A stretch of 64,000 nt of DNA from Chiloscyllium plagiosum (GCF_004010195.1 NC_057722.1:27944094-28008093); one strand, 5' to 3'. Counted from the stretch's first letter, positions 27,171-40,800 are shown. A program made the numbers and translations. Notes: generated by a model from the sequence alone, not told the origin.

Positions 27171-28748
27171 AGATAAATCAAATGGAATTCATAGGGGATT
27201 TACTGGTCATGGTTAAAGGATGAAAAAAAAAGGTGATTTGGTGATAGGAAAAAAAAATCCATTTAGTTGTGTGTAAGAACGCTTTTTGATTAAACAAAAT
27301 TTTAAAAATCTGTGGACCTTTTACTGGAAGCAAGAAATCTACACTTCCCCCAGAAAGATCAGTCCAAAGAGAGTTTCTGGGAGTTAAAGCTAAATTCATT
27401 TGACAGCATTTGGTAAACTCCAAAGGAGTGTAAAATCCATTTATTTCATCAGACCAAAAAAAAATTAAATGATGGATGGCTAACCTAAAAGTGTCTTCAA
27501 GAATACTCCAGAACATCTTACATCATCATGAAAATGGATAGAGCTTCAGAAGGTTGTCTGGTTTCACTTTATCGAAGCTCTTGTTGAAAAATTAGTTTGA
27601 ATTTGAAGTGCGCAGTTGCGACTCACTAAGACAGTCAATGTAAATGACAGTCATTTACACTGCAGTGTAAACAGAAATAAATCTGCCTTCATAGTTAGCC
27701 ATGCGGAATGCAGGTGAGGCTTGATTTCAGTTTGAACATTATGTAGGAACTGAAGATGAAAGATGGCCAAATTTTAAGCTAGCACAAAAATATAGCAATC
27801 TTCATAGAATCCTGTGGCAAAAGAAAACAATCAGCAGGATTAGTTGCAAAGTATTGAGAAGACAAGCAGAACAAAGAACTAAGACATCCACAGTCCAGAG
27901 GTGCCAAAATAAACTTTTCCTTCGAAAATAGCTGGAACACTGGGGAGAATTAAAGTGGAATTCTAGAGGACTGGGACAGACTTTTCAAGATCCTTTCAGT
28001 AGTTAATAACTCATAGCTTTTGCCATAAAGTATTTGAAAATTCTTGGGGGAAGTATGAAGCAAAACTAAGTGAACAACGCTTCTAGTTATAAACCATATT
28101 GTTAAGTTAATAGTGCTTGCTTTATGTACTGTAGATACATTTGTTTATGCTTAAAATGTAAAATCTTGGGACTTGGTTCTTTTGGTTAAAACAAGGTGCT
28201 CAGATTTTGCTTTGAATATTGATGGTTCTAGACCAGTTGGATAGCAGTAAGACAAGTTAGAGCATTTGAGTGTTTGAGTGAGTTGCTAGTGTTGAAGAGA
28301 TGAGTTTTCAATGCTTGCTGCTCCAGGTCCAACAGTGCATCTGATCTTCTCTTTGACATATGTTGTTTAGACCTTCAAACAGAGAGGACAAATTTTGATG
28401 AATGTCTTCTTCAGAGGAAAGTACAGACATGAGGGTATTCTGTTTGTAGAATGGAAGCTAAACGTAAGACAAAGAAATAAGCAATCCTGGTTCAGTTTTA
28501 TTGAAGATAAAACAAGGATTGTTATCGGGCAGTGAGTACCCACACATTCAGCTGAAAAGTCAGTGGGAAGCCCACACACAGGATTTTGGCAGGATTTTCA
28601 TCCCTCCAGAACAGAAAGCCTGCCTCAGAGAGATGCTGCCAATTAGAACTCTGTAGTCCGAACGGTGCCATGTGTGACTGGTGGCCACTAACACTACAGA
28701 CAGTCCTCAGTGAAGATAAACACTGGAAACTAGACACCACGATAAGCA

Positions 28749-29116
28749 CTGTCCTCATGACTTGTCCTACCTGCCAATCTCCCTTCCCACCTATCTGCTC
28801 CACCCTCCCCTCTGACCTATCACCTCCATCCCCACCCCCATTCACCTATTGTACTCTTTGCTACCTTCCCCCACCCTCCTCTCTCACCTATCACCTCCAT
28901 CCCCATCCCCATTCACCTATTGTACTCTTTGGTACCTTCTCCCCTCCACCCCCATTTATCTCTCACTCTGGAGGCTTCCTGTCTCTATTCCTGATGAAGG
29001 GCTTTTGCCTGAAACATCAATTTTCCTGCTCCTTGGATGCTGCCTGACCTGCTGTGCTTTTCCAGCATCACTCTGACCTAAATTCTGATTTCCAGCATCT
29101 GCAGTCCTCACTTTTG
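28749..29116 (+). mobile_element. Penelope pseudo-LTR with internal ~70-bp tandem duplication and hammerhead-like core
   Basis: 13-bp TSD ACCACGATAAGCA at 28736-28748 and 29117-29129; CTGATGA-A-GGGCTTTTGCCT-GAAA-C-ATC at 28991-29018. Confidence 0.82.
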
Positions 29117-30440
29117 ACCACGATAAGCAGCAGAGGTGGGGGTAGGGGTTGGATTTTCCCAGGTCAGGCTGGCAGGCCCAAGAAAGGAGTTTGGAAGACA
29201 GACCTGAGAGGCCCAAGAGGGAGGATTGCGGGAGAAGTGTGATCTTGATAAGAGGGAAGGGATATTGTTGGTATTGACAGGCACATGGATCTACAAAGGA
29301 AGTCATCTTACTTAGCATGACTCCAACCTGCACAGATAAAGTTGCCAGGCTACCAGATGGTGTAACTCTCCCTCTATTATGGCTAAAATAATAGCAGGGG
29401 ATAGGATAAGGCTATTAAATTGACCACTTACAAGCTTCAATGGGCACTAGAGTGAGCAAGCTTTCCCTCATCTCCACCAAGCCCATATAATTTTAAACAG
29501 GTCAGAAGCAGACAATTAGATGATGGGAAAACCATGCAGTTAATTTTATGAGGTCCCATCTTTAAATCTGCCAGTGAGGATGCATAAATCCTAGCTGAAG
29601 TCTGTAGAGCAAGAAATAAGGAAGGTGCCATGAGACATTTTGTACATTGCATAATAACTAGCAAGCCTGAAGAGAATTTAAGAGATGATATTATGTTGAT
29701 ATGGTGATTGAGATATTATCTGGTGTAGCCTTATGTTAAATGGTAAATGATAGAGCAGAAAGAAGGAATATAATGGCAGTGGTGGGCAGGGGAACAGGAA
29801 GGAAAGGCTATTTCCAAGAATTCTTTCTTGATGGAGTTACGAGGAATTGTAATTACTTTTGCTTATCTTGAGAGGTTATTAAAGTGCTTCCCAAGATGAT
29901 CCTAGGATTCATTCTTCTGGAGCCATCAATTCTACCTTTAGTCTTTGTGAATGGGAAGGATGAAAATCTATTCAAATAAAAACAAAAATGTTCCAAGGAA
30001 TGTTTAGACCGATATAAAAATTGTACTCATAAGTCTTCCTTTCCATCTGGTACATCAGGTAATTTTGAACTTATCATCTATAATTGCTGTCTTTTTATTC
30101 CAATAATCCTTCTTCCAAGAAATAGCTATAATCATTCCCCTGTGCACAATAGATTAACAGCAAAATTTAAAACACACAAAATTGAAACAATCCTTGTGAT
30201 GTTGTTGGGAATTGGATGAACGTTGTTGGTTCTGGTGGTTGATGACATAATGTGGTGGCACTGGCTCCAGGATCAGGCTGGTATGGAATCAGCATCCCAA
30301 GAGGGTTTCAGATCAATTGCTAGTAAGATTCAGCAGCAATGTGCCAAGCCAAACTGGTGAACCCACCACAAATATTGATATTGGAAGAATGGTTAAAGAA
30401 AGACCATGTTTAGGCATCCATTGATGCAGCTAGGAAGTAT

Positions 30441-30800
30441 TGGGGAGGTGATGGCCTAGTGGTATCATTGCTGGACTGTTAATCCAGAGACCCAGGTCAT
30501 GTTCTGGGGACCTGGGGTCAAATTCTGCTGTGGCAGATGGTAGAATTTGAATTCACCAAAAAAAACTTTGAAATTAAGGGTCCAATGATTACTATGTATC
30601 CATTGCTGATTGTTGGAAAAACCCAACTAGTTCACTAACATCCTTCAGGGAAGGAAACTGCCATCCTTACCTGGCCTGGCCTACATGTGACTCCAGACCC
30701 ACAGCAATGTGGCTGACTCTTAACTGCCCGCTGGGAAATTAGAGATGGGTAATAAATGCTGGCCTAGCCAGCAGCATCCTCATCCCATGAATGAATTTTT
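30441..30800 (+). mobile_element. tRNA-derived Deu-domain SINE (SacSINE1-like) with L2-type tail
   Basis: TGGCCTAGTGG A box; GGAAGGAAACTGCCATCCTTACCTGGCCTGGCCTACATGTGACTCCAGACCC core; AATAAATGCTGGCC..CCCATGAATGAA tail. Confidence 0.82.
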
Positions 30801-31729
30801 TAAATGAATGCTACCACCATTTGTTTAATAATCATTGTTAATAAATCACTGAGCTGATTTATACACATACTTGCTGTAGTTTGGGAACAAAATAAATTAC
30901 TACTAAAAACTGAATATGGTTAACATGAATATGCTCTCATATAGGTGATTATCAGTTTTGAACCATTTTGATGGGATGGATTGCAATTACAGAAAATACC
31001 ATTTTGGATGGCACACTCATAGTGGTGTAATATTATAGTGATGACAAATATCTCAGGATTTCTTTTCATGGAGCAACATTAATGATATAATTTGTCAATG
31101 CTTCCCACAAATTAGTTTAGCCTTTTAATACTGTATAATACAGAGTGATGCCAACAGCATGGGTTCAATCCCCATACCAGCAAACATTACCATGAAAGAC
31201 GCTCCTCAATCTTGTCTCACCTGAGATGTGAGAAAACAGCCTTATGTTTCACTAGAATTATGGCTACTTTACTTACTGTGGCAGTTCTAAACTACACTAA
31301 CAATGCTTCTGAATAAGCTTATAAATTTAACACTTGTCTAAAATTTGTATAATTTCCATCCACAAAAAAACATTGCAAACATATCAATGAATGAGGTAGA
31401 AGTCAATTGGGAAGTAATTCTGATGAAAATTCATCAACTTGAAATGTTAACTGTGATTGTTTCTCCACACATTCCATCTGACTTGCCCAGTATTTCCAAT
31501 ATTTTATGTTCTGATTCAAAGAAGACCTCTTTGGGAAATTACATCAGGAAAGGTTATTCCATAGATTTCAGTAACTAAAAGATTAGCTTTCTTGCATTAA
31601 TGTTGAAAGTAGAATTTACATTTATAGAAAATTGTAGGTTATTTCCTACCTTGTAAACATTTTAAGAGAAAAAGGCTGAAGTCAAAGATGGTGCAGTGCT
31701 GGTATGGATTGAATCTCAGAATATCTGGA

Positions 31730-31926
31730 GGTGCCGGTGTTGGACTGAGGTGTACAAAGTTAAAAATCACACAACACCAGGTTATATTCCAACAGGTTTA
31801 TTTGGGAGCACTGCTCCTTCATCAAGTGGTTGAACACGACCACCTGATGAAGGAGTAGCGCTCCGAAAGCTAGTGCTTCCAAAACAAACCTGTTGGACTA
31901 TAACCTGGTGTTATGTGATTTTTAAA
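31730..31926. mobile_element. Fold-back Penelope-type mini element (second family)
   Basis: Inverted arms ~31760-31830 and ~31839-31925; perfect 14-bp TSD TCAGAATATCTGGA at 31716-31729 and 31927-31940. Confidence 0.8.
31841..31875 (+). ncRNA. Minimal hammerhead ribozyme motif, intact core
   Basis: CAC-CTGATGA-A-GGAG/TAGCG/CTCC-GAAA-G-CTA-GTG: stem I CAC/GTG, stem II, palindromic AGCT stem III, CUA triplet. Confidence 0.72.
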
Positions 31927-34900
31927 TCAGAATATCTGGATAGCATATTACAGTACAATATTTGCAAAGGAAATTGTTCTGGTAAACAACTCTATTGATA
32001 CTGGACTAGAAAATAACAGTGAAAACAAATTATTTTGTGAGTAATGCTTGCCTATACAGAACAGTAGTCATAGTGCGAAAGGAGAAAATATATTTATCTT
32101 TCACCAACACATGATGCAGCAGCTCCAACAGCAATGACTTGTAATTATGTAGCACGTTGAAAATAATAAGGCATGGAAAGACACTTGAGAGGAATTTTAT
32201 CTAAACCTTTGGCCCTGAGCCACATCAGGAAAATCTTTCCTACACCCGATATTCATATTTGTCTCTAACCTAGAAAAAAACAGTTGCCCATGAGAGGTAT
32301 GCAGCAATGACAAGAAAGCAGGAAAGAGGTAAAAGCAGCAATGAAACACAATCAACATAGCTGCAGTTGTTACAGAGTGACGATGAAGTATAGTATTGAG
32401 TTAGGGAGTCATCACAGCATTGTGCAATAATGTCACACTTAATCCACTGTAATGTAAAGTTAATACTTATATATATTTCTCAAAAACTAGAATGGACCCA
32501 ATGACTCAGAGGATAGGTCCCAGGAATAATTTCATGTAATGAATTCTCACATCAAATTTACATTACCACAAAATCTTGAAAGTAAAATATTTGCTTGAAA
32601 ACAGGTTTACATGTGGTCTACTAAATAAATATAAGTATTAGGACTCCTGGCAATAAGAGACAGAGTAACAATGAGCTGGATTTTCAGTCCAGGGTCGAGT
32701 GGCTGGATAATTCCGAGGTCCCTAATCACCAATACTGACACCAAGAGAATCCAAGAAGTGGACCTTGGGATGGAAGGCAATTTGCAAAGCAAATAATAGT
32801 TATTAATGGGCTTGACATTTTGTTGAATGGAACAGGCAAGACATGGAGCAGATAGCCAACAGTCTCATAATCCAAACAAATGCTTAAACATTCCTGTTCA
32901 GATGCACAAGCCATCCTGATCAAGTGGCAACAACTTATGCCACTGCATTTGTACCTCAGTGTGACTATTCCTTCTTATATATATTTTTCCATCAGCAGCT
33001 ACAATGAATAATGGCTTCATGCCATGCTTTGAACAGCTGTGCACTAATGTGCCCCAGATCATTTGCTCTTCCCATTGTAAAATTTGAAAGTTTGATTCTG
33101 CCCCTTTCCAGATTGTTAATAAGCTCTTTAAGGAGCTGAACAGCAAATTATAGATGGTGCAGGTGGTAGATGCCATCCCTGTAAAAAAAACTGAAAAATA
33201 TCTAAGTGTGAAATTTCCTATTCATGAACCTCACCCCATTGCCAAATTATATCAACCTCATAATGCATGGCAAAAAAAGATATGGCAAATAGGTTAGAAT
33301 TTATAAAATGTTTCCTCAAACAAGTTGTGGTAAAATCTAAATTGTAATTTTGTTCAAGTATTTTATGACTGTAAATACCTGATTATAGTAACACAAAAAG
33401 AAATCAGGCAGCACCATGATACTCAATAGGTTCTATTTTCCATTTGGGGATAGACTTTGTCTTTTCACAAAATATTCCTTGGTATTTGCAAAAGAACCAT
33501 GGTGAAAATATGCTGTAGTGTTCTACTAGACACTGTAGGCCATGGGTAAGGGTGAAGGAACTTTAACCAAGTTCACCCAACAAGTAACTGACAGGATTGA
33601 GTAGCCACAGATTTGGCACCCTATCAAAATTAATATCAGGCAGGATAGAAAATGTACTGCAGATCCCACCATGTCAGTTTCCTATTAGATGCACTAGTTT
33701 AAAATTTATCTCTTCATCATCTCCATAAGGTACTGTGTCATATGAAATGTATTACTGATTGACAATCAGCTGTTTTGCAGTTCTGTTAAGGTTCAGTTTT
33801 AAAAACTTCTCAACCTTAGGATTAGCTAAGAAAAAAATTGGAAGGTAGTCACGTTATCACCAACACTCCAACCTCCCCCCATCCTACCTTTCCAGGAATG
33901 TCTGAATACCTTAGCGCAATAATCTTGAGCTGTTTAAATTTTCCTTCATCACAAAATCTGAAGTTGGCCAGTTCACTGATAACTCACGATATTCAGATCT
34001 AAATACAGTTTCTCAGATAATGAATCAATCCTCATCTATTTGCACCATGGCCTAACCAACATTTAGCTTGGGTTAGTTAATTGCCAGCAAAATTTCTAGG
34101 ATCATTTGTCTGGCAAAAATTACTTTCCATAAGATCCTTGCATAACCAGTTCCGCTTGCCATTCAATGCTATTACCACAGTGGAGTTCCTACTATCAACA
34201 TCCTCAGAATCACCACTGACCAGAAACTCCACTAATTCAGCCATATGATTAGTTAGCTAGTAAAGTAGGAAAGAGATGCTCTGCCACAAGCAGCTCACCC
34301 CTGACTTGCCAAAATCTCTCCACTATAATAAAGGCATAGAGAATGGATGTGATGGAATCTGCATGACTTGTTAGATATGCATGTAGAAGAACAAATAGAT
34401 AACTTGAACTATCCAGGTTAATGTAGTTTCCATGAGGTACACCATTCACTGTTCCAAATGTATCATGCATTTCAGTCAAAGCATCTTCAGCAACATGGTC
34501 CAAACCAACAACTTTTACCACGTTGAAGAATAAACATGGGCAAGGCTTGCCTTCATCAAAATGTGGCACTCACCACTATGCACCTCATGTGGGTATCCAC
34601 ACCAAACTGGTGGCATGGCTACAATACTACGATTTGGTCAGAACAATTGGCAAAGGGGAAGAAATGATAACCTTGTCAAATAGTAATATCCTCAGAATGA
34701 TATGTCTTTTAAAAAGTTTCAAGTTCCCAATAGGAAGGTGCGGAGTGAATTGCATATTAAAAGAGATGAACTGACTGAAACAAACAGGGTCTTGGCAGAT
34801 TATCCCAGCTACTGAAATCGCCATTAAGCATGTGAAATAAACCAACCCCGCGCTGGGGGTGTTATCGCCCATTAACGTCGATTTTACCAAGTTTGAAATA

Positions 34901-36399
34901 GACGCACTGCCTTCCAGCCAAATCGGTACCATGGCAACTTCAAAACAAAATGTCATAACAAACTTGAAAGGAACTGGCTGTGGAGTTGAGCTTCAGTAAA
35001 CAAAGCAGGATGCCGCTGGAAGGAGGCTGCAAAAAGACTGGGCAGAATCCCTTACCAGTTTCCCCTGCCCCGGGCACCTCGGTGGCCCACCGGTCACTGT
35101 GCGACTCCAGCTGCAGCTGTCTCCTCTCCCCGAGGCCTCTGGAACCCAAACCTTGCAGTGGCTCAGAGAATATTCTGCTTTCCGAAGCGTTTCTTGTCTT
35201 CATATTAAACAGCAGTTCCTGTATCCTCTGCGCTCACACAGCAGGTGAAATGAGTTTTGCGAACGGAACACTTTATGATATAAAGTCTTACTAGTACATG
35301 ACTGGAGATTAATTTTGAATGTTATGCGCTCTTAGTGAGATGCAACACCTTAACATCCACTGTTCCCTCCCCCAGTGAACTGAGCAGATGACGAATTCCA
35401 GTAACTCTGTCAAGTGAATACGCAGCTCTTTTCACTTTACAGGTATGGTCAGTGTGCATATCCGCGCTAATCCCTGAGGGCCTCATGTACACCTTGTTTG
35501 TTGAATCAAGTGGAATTTTCCACTTTTCGGACAGTTTGACACCGAAAGTGTTGAGGCTGGAACATCTGAAATTGAACAGTTTATTACTGAATAGGCACAT
35601 TTATTTTCAAGGTGAAGTATTAAGAGCTGAAATGGAATGCTGGATATGGTCTCTATGAACCTCTCGTTCACGGCATTTTATTTTGCGAACCCTTCCTGTG
35701 TCAAATTGAATTGATATAGTTATATTGTTCATTCGTCATACTTACCCTGAAGTAAGAATTACTTTACCAGGTTCTGTTTTAAACGTCAGTATAAAAGTTT
35801 ATAAATGCAATTTCTTATTAAAATGCGCTGAAATCAACCTAACCATTAGGAAGTATATGAGTGGTAGATGTTTTTCCATTTTATCTTTGCCTGTCTTTCC
35901 CAGATCAGCTGTTTTTGTATATCGATGTGACGATTTAATGATCAGTTTCTGTTGTTCCATGTACTTATCCTTCAGTTTTTTTAAAACGACATATTAATTC
36001 CGAGAAGTACAACCAATGAGGAATGAAAATAACGTTAACATTAATTTAACATACGATAAGAACATCGCACTCTCACCATTGTTTAAGAATATAGTCTTGT
36101 AGACAAATCAGATGTATCTAAAACCACGCAAATTTTTGACATATATACGTGTATCACTGACGAAAGTTGGAGCGTGTGACGTTTCCTTGCCTTTTGTACT
36201 AAAAATAGCAATTAAACGAAAATGCCATAACAAAAGTGTAAAGAACAGCATCAGTGAAAAGGATACCCCTTCTTATTTAGGCTGCGATAGTGAATTCAAA
36301 AATATCTTCATATTCTTGAACACAAAAATGCCATGCACAAAATTTAACAATGCAACTTCAAATTTGAAAGTCGTGTCCAGGGAGGTATAAAAGAAAAAC

Positions 36400-37578
36400 G
36401 ATGATGAATTCAACATATTTTAATTAAATATATAAAACCATTTCACTCTTTCTTGGCACTTGTTGCAATAAATGCAACATCAGATCAATATCAGTTGATT
36501 TTCGTTAATCAATTTCATTCAAATTAATTGCATTGACATTAAACCATAGAACTGTACAACAGCGAAGGTTTTGTTCCATTTTAGAGTCATCGTTGAACAC
36601 TTGTACAAATAGTCTGTTCATTTTATTATAAATAATCCTAGAATGGCGCAGCATCTACGAACTGCAAAACATCTTTGCTTTCAAGGTTTACCATGACGTT
36701 GGGGAAAGGCAGTATTACTCTGAGCAATATTCCTTTACAATTAGCTCTTCAAATTCTGATCTTCATTGATTGAATCAAGGTTTCAATGAAACCAACACCT
36801 TATAGAAATACATCCCATAAACATCTATGTGAAATAAATTCCCACAACAGCACAAGAGAAATATTTATGAATAAACACACTTCTATGAAATAAAAATTAA
36901 ATACTGACAGTCTATCAGCCATACACAATTTTAACCAAAATAAATTTTGTTCGTGTATCAACATTTTTTTACAGAGGGCCGTACCTTCTCTTGTAGTTTA
37001 AGCTACAAGAGGTAAGAACGGTAAGAATGTAGAATACATAATTTATATCTTTTTGATCTAAAACAAATGGACATCTAGGTAGAATAGTTATAATTATCCA
37101 TTACTTATGTTATTGGAAGAAGAAAATAGTACACATGAAAATTCTAAAATGAGAACCGTTGAAACTATTTTGCTTCTCCACACTTGCAAAAGCAATGGTT
37201 TGTTCCATCTAACATAAACCAAGTGCAATTCTGACTCAAAGGACATAAGCATCATTGAAAATAGTATAAATATACATGCAAGAGTAATTCTTCGTATTTC
37301 ATTTGATTGTTCACTCTTGACTCTCATAAACAGTTCGTGACTGATTTGCGATCTATTTTCCATTTCTGAATAATTATTCCAATGGTGTATGGGAAGCAAA
37401 AGCATACGTAAGGAATTTCCATTATGCTACAGGAGACCAGCCCCCAGGTGTATCAAGTAAAGTTGTGCTAAAATGGATTTGCAGAAAGTTCACTTCTGAA
37501 CTTTTCCCAGCTGCGAGTCCTTCCTCCTTCGGAGGGTTTTGTTTTGAAAGATCTGTGGATTTGGAATCACTGTTCGGA
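36400..37578 (-). other. Probable SHOX2 3' UTR with candidate poly(A) signals
   Basis: Repeat-free AU-rich sequence after the stop; minus-strand AATAAA at 36627-36622 and ATTAAA at 36424-36419 followed by a U-rich tract. Confidence 0.6.
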
Positions 37579-37857
37579 TCACAGCCCTAGTGCTGCAGCG
37601 TGTTTTTTCGCTTTAAGTCTCAAGTCCGCAATGCTGGAGTTTTTACTGGTGGTTTTGGCTGCTGCTGCCGCTGCCACCACCGTGGCGGATTCTGCCAAGG
37701 TGGCCAGGGGCAAACCAAAGGGCGGTGGAGGGAACATCATATAGGGCGCATGTGCAGCCAGGTGTGGGTGGAGGTGATGGTGCGCATGCGCCACGCTGTC
37801 CAACTGCAGCTGCGCCTGGACCTGAAAGGACAAGGGAGTCATGTTGCAGTGATTCTC
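37579..37857 (-). CDS. SHOX2: SHOX2 last coding exon (OAR domain); alternative in-frame acceptor at 37821
   Basis: Acceptor TTTCAG|; [55 protein letters not shown]...[25 protein letters not shown] at 37581-37579. Confidence 0.95.
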   Translation of the reverse strand, partial: ENHCNMTPLSFQVQAQLQLDSVAHAHHHLHPHLAAHAPYMMFPPPPFGLPLATLAESATVVAAAAAAKTTSKNSSIADLRLKAKKHAAALGL

Positions 37858-40800
37858 CTGAAACAGAATAAGGAGAGAACATTGTTATAAGATACCCTGT
37901 TCGTCAAAAATAGGCAGTGGTAACAAATACTTAACTGATTAAAAAGCGAAAACGTTACTGTATAGTATTGGTGCATTGATCAATAGACGAGAAGGAAATA
38001 AAAGGGTTAAGGAGAGTTTGTCCAGTGCCTGGCTCTCTCAATGCTGCATCCAGTAAGCTGGGGGCAGCACAACAGATATTGTACACAGTTCCAAGACTGT
38101 ATGGTTAATGGACTCTTATTTCTTCGAACGCGTTAAACCACGAAGAGTAACACAAGAGTTTTAAACAATTGCTTCTGAGGAACTGAAAGAGACAATGAAA
38201 GTGGCTCGTTGAATACGGCATTTCCCCACATTTAGCGATTCTACTATTTGAACACAGTCATCGAACGGACAATATAGTGGGGTCGCAGGCTGTGGCAAAC
38301 AGATTGTCTTACCAACACACTGCAGTTAGACTCTATTGTTTCCAAGAATGGTGAACGCTTTGCCTCAGAAGTGATAACGATGCCGGTGAGCTATAACATA
38401 TTCCCTGGAATGCAACAAAATGTGTCCTCCAGGGCGCCTCGCCATGCAAATAGCTCTAACCAAAAACGGAGTAAAGTATGAAAATACCACTTGAAACAAC
38501 ACTTTGCTCTCCCACACCACGATGGAGGAAAACCTTTGTGGAAATTCGCTAAAGTGAACAAAGTATTTGAAAAGCATTAAGAAATCTCGATTTTAAAAGT
38601 GGTAGAGATGTTAGGGACAACACCAGAATTTAGAAATTTTTTTAGTTAAAAATCACACAACACCAGATTATAGTCCAACAGGTTTAATTGACCTGGTGTT
38701 GTGTGATTTTTAACTTTGTACACCCCAGTCCAACACCAGCATCTCCAAATCATGATTTTTTTTTGAGTCTTTCTTAATTTGTTGAGAAAAAAAAACTTTA
38801 AGGGCACTATCAGAAGGATGTTGTGAAACTTGAAAGGGTTCAGAAAAGACTTACAAGGATGTTGACAGGGTTGGAGGATTTGAGCTATAGGAAGAGGCCG
38901 AATAGTCTGGGGCTATTTTCCCTGGTGCGTCAGAGGCTGAGGGGTGACCTTATAGTGGTTTTAAAAATCATGAGGGACATGGATAGGGTAAATAGAAAAG
39001 GTCTTTTCCCTGGAGTGGGGGAGTTCAGAATTGGAGAGCATAGGTTTAGGGTGAGAGGGGAAAGATATAAAAGGGACCTAAAGGGCAACTTTTTTTCACA
39101 CAGAGGGTAGTGCCTGTATGAAATGAGCTGCCAGAGGTAGTGGTGGAGGCTGGTACAACTACAACACTTATAAGGCATCTGGATGGTTATATGAATAGGA
39201 AGAGTTTAGAGGGATGTGGGCCATGTGCTGGCAAATGGGACCAGTTAAGGTTTCGAAGCTCCTCGGATGCTGCCTGAATTGCTGTGCTCTTCCAGCACCA
39301 CTGATCCAGAATTAGGATATCCTAAGACGAGTTTGTCCGAAGAGTCTGTTTCTGTGTTGTACATCTCTATGCACTGCAGAAATTCATCAAAGCTCCTTCA
39401 ACAGTACATTCCCAACGCGTCACCACTTCCATCTCCAAGAACAAGGGCAGCAAATATATGGGAACAACCCTTGGAAGTTCCCCTCCAAGCCACTCACTAT
39501 CCTGACTTGGAAATATATACTTCCTTCAGTGTCCCTTTGTTAAAATTCTGGAATTACCTCACTTAAGGGCATCAAATGGATTGCAGCAGTTCAAGAAGAC
39601 AGCTCACCACCACCTTCTCAACGGCAAATAGAGATTGGGCAATACACACTGGCCCAGCCAGCAAGGTCCACCTCCCATGAATAGACTTTAAATCTCACAA
39701 TTTGTCAATGAAAGATTTTAAAAGTTGTATTTAAAATGTACAGTTAGATGTGTGCAAATGAATAAAATTCCGTTTCAATTAGTCGAACGTCTGGATAGCC
39801 CACACAAAGGGCAATCCGAATAAACGCAGTGCCGTTCAAATCTAATTCATTGACGAGATGCATAGGCAAAATCAGGTTATTCTACGATATGGGAGTCCTT
39901 TGAGCAGGACGGCAATCATAAATAAGGAATACCGCAACTGTTCAACAGTTTTTGCAAGAGTTTAGACATTTAAAAACAGCTTTCTACGCTAAGAATGTGT
40001 CAGTATTAGCAGCATTTACTGATAAAAGGCAGAACACGCCACATAACACGGACAGTTAGGGATTAATTGAAAATGGTGACAAAAGTGGAAAAAAAACTCC
40101 CCGAACATATCAGAGAACCTCATAGGTTTTGCTCCCCCATCAATGGTTACTTATCCTCATTTTGGGACAACATCCAAGGAGAATTATTGATAGTATGTGT
40201 TCATTATCAATATCGTGTTAGCAATAACATGGTGAGAACTGCTCAAAAGATGAGGAAGATGACATATTTAAATAATTAGTGGAATTTTATTTCCAAAACA
40301 AGTTTCGTTAAAGCAGCGACAGTACGTTAAAAGATCGTGCATCTTCCCTAATGGAGATTGTATGCAATGAGCTTTGATGCATTTATACTTGCCTGTTGAA
40401 ATGGCATTCTCAAGGCTCCCACGTTAACGTATGGTGCCACTCGACAAGCTTCGAACTGACTGGTGGTACCAATGAGTACACCTACAGTAGTAAAAGGAAG
40501 TTCAAATCTAAGGAAAAAGTTCTCACGTCAGAGTCTGGAGCCATTAATCTTAATAGTTTTTGTGACTTCAGATACAATGACATCATAATGATGGAAAACA
40601 TAATTCTGCTTAAAATCAGGCTACACAGTGTATGCATAATGAATGAATCAATGAATGAATGAATGATTGTAGCGTTTACTATTTTTGTTCCACTACCAGC
40701 TACCCTCAACCTCCAACGTTCACCCACTTGCCTTTCCATAACCCCCACCTTGGCCCCAAAATCCAGACTAAAATTTGTCTCTCCTTTCGTCGGCTTATAA

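Noticed and set aside
27190-28240. Possible LTR-like element
   Set aside because: Could not define termini, TSD or a second copy.
31140-31270. tRNA gene (GGTTCAATCCC B box)
   Set aside because: No cloverleaf; more likely a SINE remnant. The same applies to the tRNA-like heads at 22688 and 30441.
37544-37890. Antisense and off-frame ORFs over the SHOX2 last exon (likewise 45461-45920 over exon 1)
   Set aside because: Shadows of GC-rich coding sequence, with no recognisable protein.
40385-40392. Canonical GT donor 4 nt into intron 4
   Set aside because: It shifts the frame and loses the OAR domain with either acceptor.
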